This document shows, piece after piece, positions 58,896-64,000 of a stretch of DNA of 64,000 nucleotides; within the stretch, counting starts at the first letter, position 1, and each line of letters starts with the position of its first letter. Under the pieces are notes generated by a model. The model was given only the letters and a program-made list of their open reading frames with translations. It did not search any database and was not told the DNA's origin. The translations under genes and the position numbers were made by a program. Origin of the DNA: Dehalococcoidia bacterium (GTDB lineage Bacteria > Chloroflexota > Dehalococcoidia > Lucifugimonadales > VXLM01); assembly GCA_963662435.1 (NCBI GenBank), contig OY759598.1, positions 2,202,507-2,266,506 on the forward strand, in the 5' to 3' direction.

Positions 58896-59797
58896 ATTCG
58901 TACTCTGGCTGCTGCAGCTGGAGTTTTCAAAAGCACTGCCCCATTATTGGACTTGTGCTTCGTCGCTACAACCTGCTTCATTGACTCTTACGATTCCTTC
59001 ACTGTCTCGGGGTCGACGGCGAGAACGGCCAGCAGACATCAGGGTTCAATGTGATTTTGCGGGTTCGCTTTTCACCTCGGACCGTCCAAGCGCCAAAAGT
59101 CTGTCAGATGGACAAGCGATCACCCGAGGATTTTCGACCATTGAAATTATTGGTCATTAGTGCGACGGACTGCCTTGCCGTCCTTAGACGCGAGTGTTCC
59201 TTTGGGTATCTTGGTGACCTCTCTACTATTGTCGACACTCAGTTACGTTTGGCAATACCGTTTTCGAGACAAAGGAGGGACATCCAACTCATCCCGAACA
59301 TCACGTTCGATCTGCTCCGGCTTCCACACACGGGACTCGAACCGGTCATAGGGCTAGGAAACAAAGTGCCATTCAAGAATGGGGGAAAAGGAAGAAGCCA
59401 AATGGCTGGACGGGCGTAAGGCCTGCCAGATGGGCACAGATTAGGGACATCCCAAGTGTGAGCTGCGATACCCAGCAGGGGATTCACTTGCATGACGCCA
59501 CCATTGATGTGACTTCCTCTTGCTTCCCCTTTGTCAGTCTTGGCACAGAACTTGTGATTCCATCGCCTTTGTCGAGAATTCTCTCGCGGGTACCTCTAAT
59601 GAGGTCGTCGAGTTTCAAGAAGCGGCCGGCCAAGTTTGACTACATGAAACCAGAGTGCTCTTGGGAATCGGGAGATGGAATCAGCAAGAGGTTATATCCG
59701 GTGTCGCGGTCACGATGACGCTAGACATTTGTCGATTCATGTATCAAGTTGATGCCGAAAGGACCGGCTTCTACCAGTACAACATCAAGCATAGCGC

Positions 59798-62700
59798 TCA
59801 ATTATCGGTATTCACAGTTATCACGGGTGGGTCATCCTCATCGGTAACGTTGATGGTTACCACTATGCTGTCCGAGGCGCCCAGCGGGTCGGTGGCGGTC
59901 ACTATCACCGTGTAAGTGTTCTTGGCCTCGTAGTTTAGGGGATCTCTCGTCCTGAGCTGGCCACTTCGTCTAAGAATTCGGAAGTGAGATGCGTCTTCAC
60001 CTTGCAGGGTGTATATCAGCAAGTCACGGTCATCATCATAGGCCGAGACTGGTGCTCCAATGTTCTGCCCGGATTCTGTGTTTTCGGCCACTTGTCTAAT
60101 CGCACCGTCAGACTGGTCTCCCTCCGTAATCAAGTCCTGGTCAGGGAATGCTGGTGCGGCATTGACGCTTGGAGGTAACGGAACCGAAGCGGGGGTTCTA
60201 GCTCCTCTTGCCGGGACTTCGAGCACGCCGGTGGCTTGCTGTTCGGTGTCATCCAAATTGTCCATGTAGAACGCCGTCGCCCGCAGGCACCTCCCCACAT
60301 CGGTCGACTTCGGTACGTAGACTGCCGACGAGGCCCCGCCAATAGGCATCCAGACTTCATCGGCTTCGATATCCTCGCACTTGGCAGACGGTGCGAGGTC
60401 ATCATCCACGGTGCGTTCCCACACCCACCGGGTGATTATCACTCCCCCGTCGGGATCGCTGAGCGTGGCTACTATCTCTATGCCCACCTGCGGCTGCCTC
60501 TGGGACATCTGCACTTCCCCAAGGTCGTGCGTATTCACGACCTCGATCACCACATCCAGCCTTGCCGTCAGCCTCCGGGAACCCTCGCCTGAGTGAGCCA
60601 CTATGGTTATCGAGTACGAGTTCTTCTGCTCGTAGTCGGGCTCAGGGCCCGCTCTGAAGCTCAGGACACCAGTGTCGTCGAAGGTGAAGAAACTTCGGTC
60701 GGCACCAGACACCGAGTATGTGTACGTAATGTCGTCATGGCCATCAGGGCCTGCGACGCTGCCGTCCTGATCGGTGACAGCGAAAGTGTCGGCATCAACC
60801 GTGTCGTCGGTCCCGAAAGTGAGGAGCGGTGTCTCCAAGTTCTCCCTGACCATCAGCAACGTCGGTGCGTCCACATGAAAGGCCGGGGGCTCATTCACCT
60901 CTGTGACCTTGACTATGACATTCACCGTGGCTGAGGCTGTAGACGGGTCGCTCGCCCTCACCCGCAGAACGTATTCGCTGTTATCGGCTTCGCCGGCGTC
61001 CTCACCCTCTGGCAATGCAGGTCGACCGTCCAAAGCTCTCGACTCCTCGTCCTCACGTTCCCCGCCGTCCGCTCCAAGGATCTCGGCCACTCTAATCTGG
61101 CCAGTTTCACTGTCGATAGTAAATCTCACATGGCCGTCGTCAGCCCATAGATCGGGCGTATCCAATAGTTCATAGAATAGTATGTCTTCGTCTTCATCCG
61201 ACGCCGAAACCGGCTCCTCTATGGCTGTGCCCTCAACCGCATTCTCAGCGACCGAGCGGACGATCTCGATGTAGGGAGTGACCCAATTCTCGTCCTGCCC
61301 GGCAAAGGAAGGAGCCTCATTGGATAGAGTCTTAGCCTCTACACGGTTAGAGTTAACACCCGAGGCGGACTTACCATTACCGAACTTGTCGGTGTAGGTT
61401 ACCCTGGCGCGCAAGAGTCTGCCCACGTCGTCCGGCACCGGACTCCTCAGAGGCGACGTAGCCCCCTCGATGTCCGTCCATACGGTACCGGTCCCTGACC
61501 GCGCCCACTGCCACTTCTCGCCAGCGACACCAATGTCCTCATCCAGCAGCCGTGCATAAAGTGGCCGGCCAACCTGAGGTTGTGGCCTACTAATAGTGAC
61601 CATTCCGGATTCGTCGACATCAGTAACCGTCACGGCTACATCCATCGAACTGCCGGATGCTTTGACGGTCAACCTGTACACGTTCCTTTCCGCCGGAGGC
61701 ACGCCGTCCACAACTGACGAAGGGTCTTCGTAATTGGGAGGTGTCTTAAAGGCAAGTTCTCCACCATGAATAGTGAACAGGTTGGCATCACGTCCACTTA
61801 GAGACCACTTGATCGCACTTCCGTCCTCGTCATAAGCGTAGTACTTGGTGACCGGAGCCGTCTTGTTCTCCGAGAAGACTACTGAGCTTCTTCCAGCCAA
61901 CTGTGCGGGGTCGTTCTCATTGGTAAGCCTGATGGTCACGAGTATGCTATCCGAGGCGCCTGAAGGGTCTGTTGCACTCACTTCCACTATGTATCGCCGC
62001 TTACCTTCATAGTCCAGGGGAACCTTAGTCTTCAGTTGGCCATTGTTCCTCGTTAAGCTGAAGGATGCGGCGTCGGGGCCTCCCAGGGTGTAAATCAACA
62101 GTTCACCGTCTTCGTCATGGGCGCTGACTGGAGATCCGATATCCTGGCCTGCCACTGTGTTCTCAGCCACCCTGCGTAACGTCCTGCCGGCCTGAACCAC
62201 AAAGTGCGGAGCGGCGTTGACGGGACTGCTCCTCTGCACAGGAGCCTCCACGGTCCCCACAATTTGCTCAGGCGATGCATCGACTGGATTCTTTATGTTG
62301 TCCGTATAGGTCACGGTCACGCGAAGACACCTATCCGCGTCTCCTAGCTTGGGTGTGTAGGAAGGCGAATTGGCGCCGACTATCGAGGTCCAGCCACCAA
62401 CCTCATCGATTCCGGTTGTGCCCAGGTCGTCACGGCACTCGGCCGAAGGCGTGCCACCACTATCCAAGGTAATCTCGGAGGACCGTTCCCACACCCAACT
62501 TTTGAACCTAATGCCGCCATCCGGGTCGCTGACCCTGGCGCTTACTTGCCGACCCACCTGCGGCTCCCTCTGAGACAGCTTCACGTTTCCAACGTCTTCC
62601 GTATCCACCACTTTGATGGCTACTTTAAGCTTATTGGTAAGTCTGCGGGAGCCCTCCCCGGAGCTGGCCTCAATGGTTACCGCGTAGGAGTTTTTCTCTT

Positions 62701-64000
62701 CAAAGTCCGGCTTGTGACTTGAAACTATACTCAGTGCTCCAGCGTCGTCGAATTCAAAGTAATCACTATCGGGACCGGACAATGTGTAGGAATAGGTAGT
62801 GTCATCGTATAAGTGAGGGCCGCTTACAGAAACATCCCGGTCGGTAACGGTGTAGAGATCGGGACTCACGGGAGATTTGTCGTCCCCAAACGTGATCGAA
62901 AGCGGGTCCGCGTTCTCAGCCACTCTCAGCGCTAACGGTGCATCTTCACCAAATTGGGGCGGTTCGTTTACATCCGTAACTCTAATGATTACGTTCGCCG
63001 TAGATGTGGCCGTGGAAGGATCGCTCACCATCACTCTCAGGAGATACTCACTGTTGTCTGCCTGCCCCGCATCGTTACCCTCAGGTAGCGGGGGGTTACC
63101 TCTGAGGGCCCTAGAATCCTCGTCCTCCCGCTCGCCGGAGTCTGCACCCAACTCCTTTGCAATCCTAATCTGGCCGGAGTCCCTTTCGATGGCGAACCTA
63201 ATCTGTCCTTCGGCGTCTGTGAGGTCCGGGGTGTCCACAAACTCATAGAAGAGTAGGTCATCGTCCGCGTCCGACGCCGATACCGGCACGCCTACCGGCA
63301 TACCCACGGCCGTGTTCTCTGCGACGGACCGGAGAATATCAACGTATAGAGTTGATGTATCGTCGTCCTGTTCGACAAAAGATGGGGCGGCATTTGACAG
63401 GGTCTTGGCCTCCACACGGTTTTCGCTCACCGCAGAGGCGGTTTTACCAGCACCGAACTTGTCGGAGTAGGTGGCAGTCGCCCGTAGGTACGTTCCTTCA
63501 TCAGCAGGAGCGGGACTCCGCATTGGTGAATTCGCTCCAGGAATGTCCGTCCAAGACGTGCCGTCCACGGACCTAGCCCACTGCCACCTCGCGCCAGTCA
63601 CACCATCATCCTCGTCAAACAGCCTTGCCTGTAGCGGCCGGTCGACCTGCGGCTGCGGTCTGTCTATGCTCACCGTCCCAGGTTCATCCACATCTCTAAC
63701 CGTTACGGCTACTTCGTGAACACCCCCGGAAGCCTCGATGGTAACGTTATACACGTTCCTTCTCTCAAGCGGGCCAGCCACAATGGAGGACTGTGGGTCT
63801 TCGTAGTTGGGAGGTTGCTTGAACGCCAGTACGCCGCCACCAATTGTGAACAGGTGGGCATTACTTCCAACCAGAGACCACCTGATTACGTCTCCGTCCT
63901 GGTCATGTGCAAGGTAGAAGGCGACCCGAGCCTTGCCGTTTTCAGCATATTCAATAGAGGAGTCGGGAGATTGCGCATGTAACAGGTGGCTCACGGCGCC
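59798..64000 (-). CDS. Cadherin-repeat protein, paralog of 36239-40657 (5' end outside the window)
   Basis: Colinear two-module architecture and near-identical C-terminus VTDEDDPPVITVNT; frame open to the window edge. Confidence 0.88.
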   Translation of the reverse strand, partial: GAVSHLLHAQSPDSSIEYAENGKARVAFYLAHDQDGDVIRWSLVGSNAHLFTIGGGVLAFKQPPNYEDPQSSIVAGPLERRNVYNVTIEASGGVHEVAVTVRDVDEPGTVSIDRPQPQVDRPLQARLFDEDDGVTGARWQWARSVDGTSWTDIPGANSPMRSPAPADEGTYLRATATYSDKFGAGKTASAVSENRVEAKTLSNAAPSFVEQDDDTSTLYVDILRSVAENTAVGMPVGVPVSASDADDDLLFYEFVDTPDLTDAEGQIRFAIERDSGQIRIAKELGADSGEREDEDSRALRGNPPLPEGNDAGQADNSEYLLRVMVSDPSTATSTANVIIRVTDVNEPPQFGEDAPLALRVAENADPLSITFGDDKSPVSPDLYTVTDRDVSVSGPHLYDDTTYSYTLSGPDSDYFEFDDAGALSIVSSHKPDFEEKNSYAVTIEASSGEGSRRLTNKLKVAIKVVDTEDVGNVKLSQREPQVGRQVSARVSDPDGGIRFKSWVWERSSEITLDSGGTPSAECRDDLGTTGIDEVGGWTSIVGANSPSYTPKLGDADRCLRVTVTYTDNIKNPVDASPEQIVGTVEAPVQRSSPVNAAPHFVVQAGRTLRRVAENTVAGQDIGSPVSAHDEDGELLIYTLGGPDAASFSLTRNNGQLKTKVPLDYEGKRRYIVEVSATDPSGASDSILVTIRLTNENDPAQLAGRSSVVFSENKTAPVTKYYAYDEDGSAIKWSLSGRDANLFTIHGGELAFKTPPNYEDPSSVVDGVPPAERNVYRLTVKASGSSMDVAVTVTDVDESGMVTISRPQPQVGRPLYARLLDEDIGVAGEKWQWARSGTGTVWTDIEGATSPLRSPVPDDVGRLLRARVTYTDKFGNGKSASGVNSNRVEAKTLSNEAPSFAGQDENWVTPYIEIVRSVAENAVEGTAIEEPVSASDEDEDILFYELLDTPDLWADDGHVRFTIDSETGQIRVAEILGADGGEREDEESRALDGRPALPEGEDAGEADNSEYVLRVRASDPSTASATVNVIVKVTEVNEPPAFHVDAPTLLMVRENLETPLLTFGTDDTVDADTFAVTDQDGSVAGPDGHDDITYTYSVSGADRSFFTFDDTGVLSFRAGPEPDYEQKNSYSITIVAHSGEGSRRLTARLDVVIEVVNTHDLGEVQMSQRQPQVGIEIVATLSDPDGGVIITRWVWERTVDDDLAPSAKCEDIEADEVWMPIGGASSAVYVPKSTDVGRCLRATAFYMDNLDDTEQQATGVLEVPARGARTPASVPLPPSVNAAPAFPDQDLITEGDQSDGAIRQVAENTESGQNIGAPVSAYDDDRDLLIYTLQGEDASHFRILRRSGQLRTRDPLNYEAKNTYTVIVTATDPLGASDSIVVTINVTDEDDPPVITVNTDN

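Overview
GC-rich bacterial window. The gene style (PT/PA-linker lipoproteins, cadherin/ankyrin/SwmB-like giant proteins, paralogous NAD-dependent epimerases, an orphan family-5 SBP) suggests a host-associated Chloroflexota (Dehalococcoidia/SAR202-like) genome; this is inference only. Left end: a GYD protein, a TrkH/KtrB K+ transporter, two epimerase paralogs and tRNA-Ala(GGC) at 3950-4025. The main observation is that the 37.5 kb after the tRNA (4026-41498) is cut into five segments by a family of short att-like junctions at ~11908, 27407, 34655, 36091 and 41469. Each left arm copies the layout of the tRNA T-loop/3' end with a fixed 6-bp insertion (GTTCG-CARTWY-AGT-N12-ACCA versus GTTCG-AGT-N12-ACCA in the tRNA). 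No integrase or recombinase gene is present, so this looks like an integron-like array of non-autonomous cassettes stacked at the tRNA. The cargo is a 2321-aa repeat adhesin; a MoxR/Bat operon with ankyrin, PLA2-like and CD225 genes; a TerY-P (vWA-PP2C-kinase) triad with membrane proteins; a decapitated histidine kinase plus NarL regulator; and a cadherin-repeat protein. An intact IS1595-family element (23-bp TIRs, 8-bp TSD) carries a methyltransferase-HNH fusion and interrupts a membrane-protein gene. The right part holds SRPBCC, USP, GH15, the ABC SBP, a LolD-like ATPase with an in-frame TGA, an FtsX-like permease, REP-bearing nested MITEs, a 206-bp tandem non-coding duplication, convergent otsA/otsB and a second cadherin-repeat gene running off the window. 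No CRISPR array or rRNA was seen.
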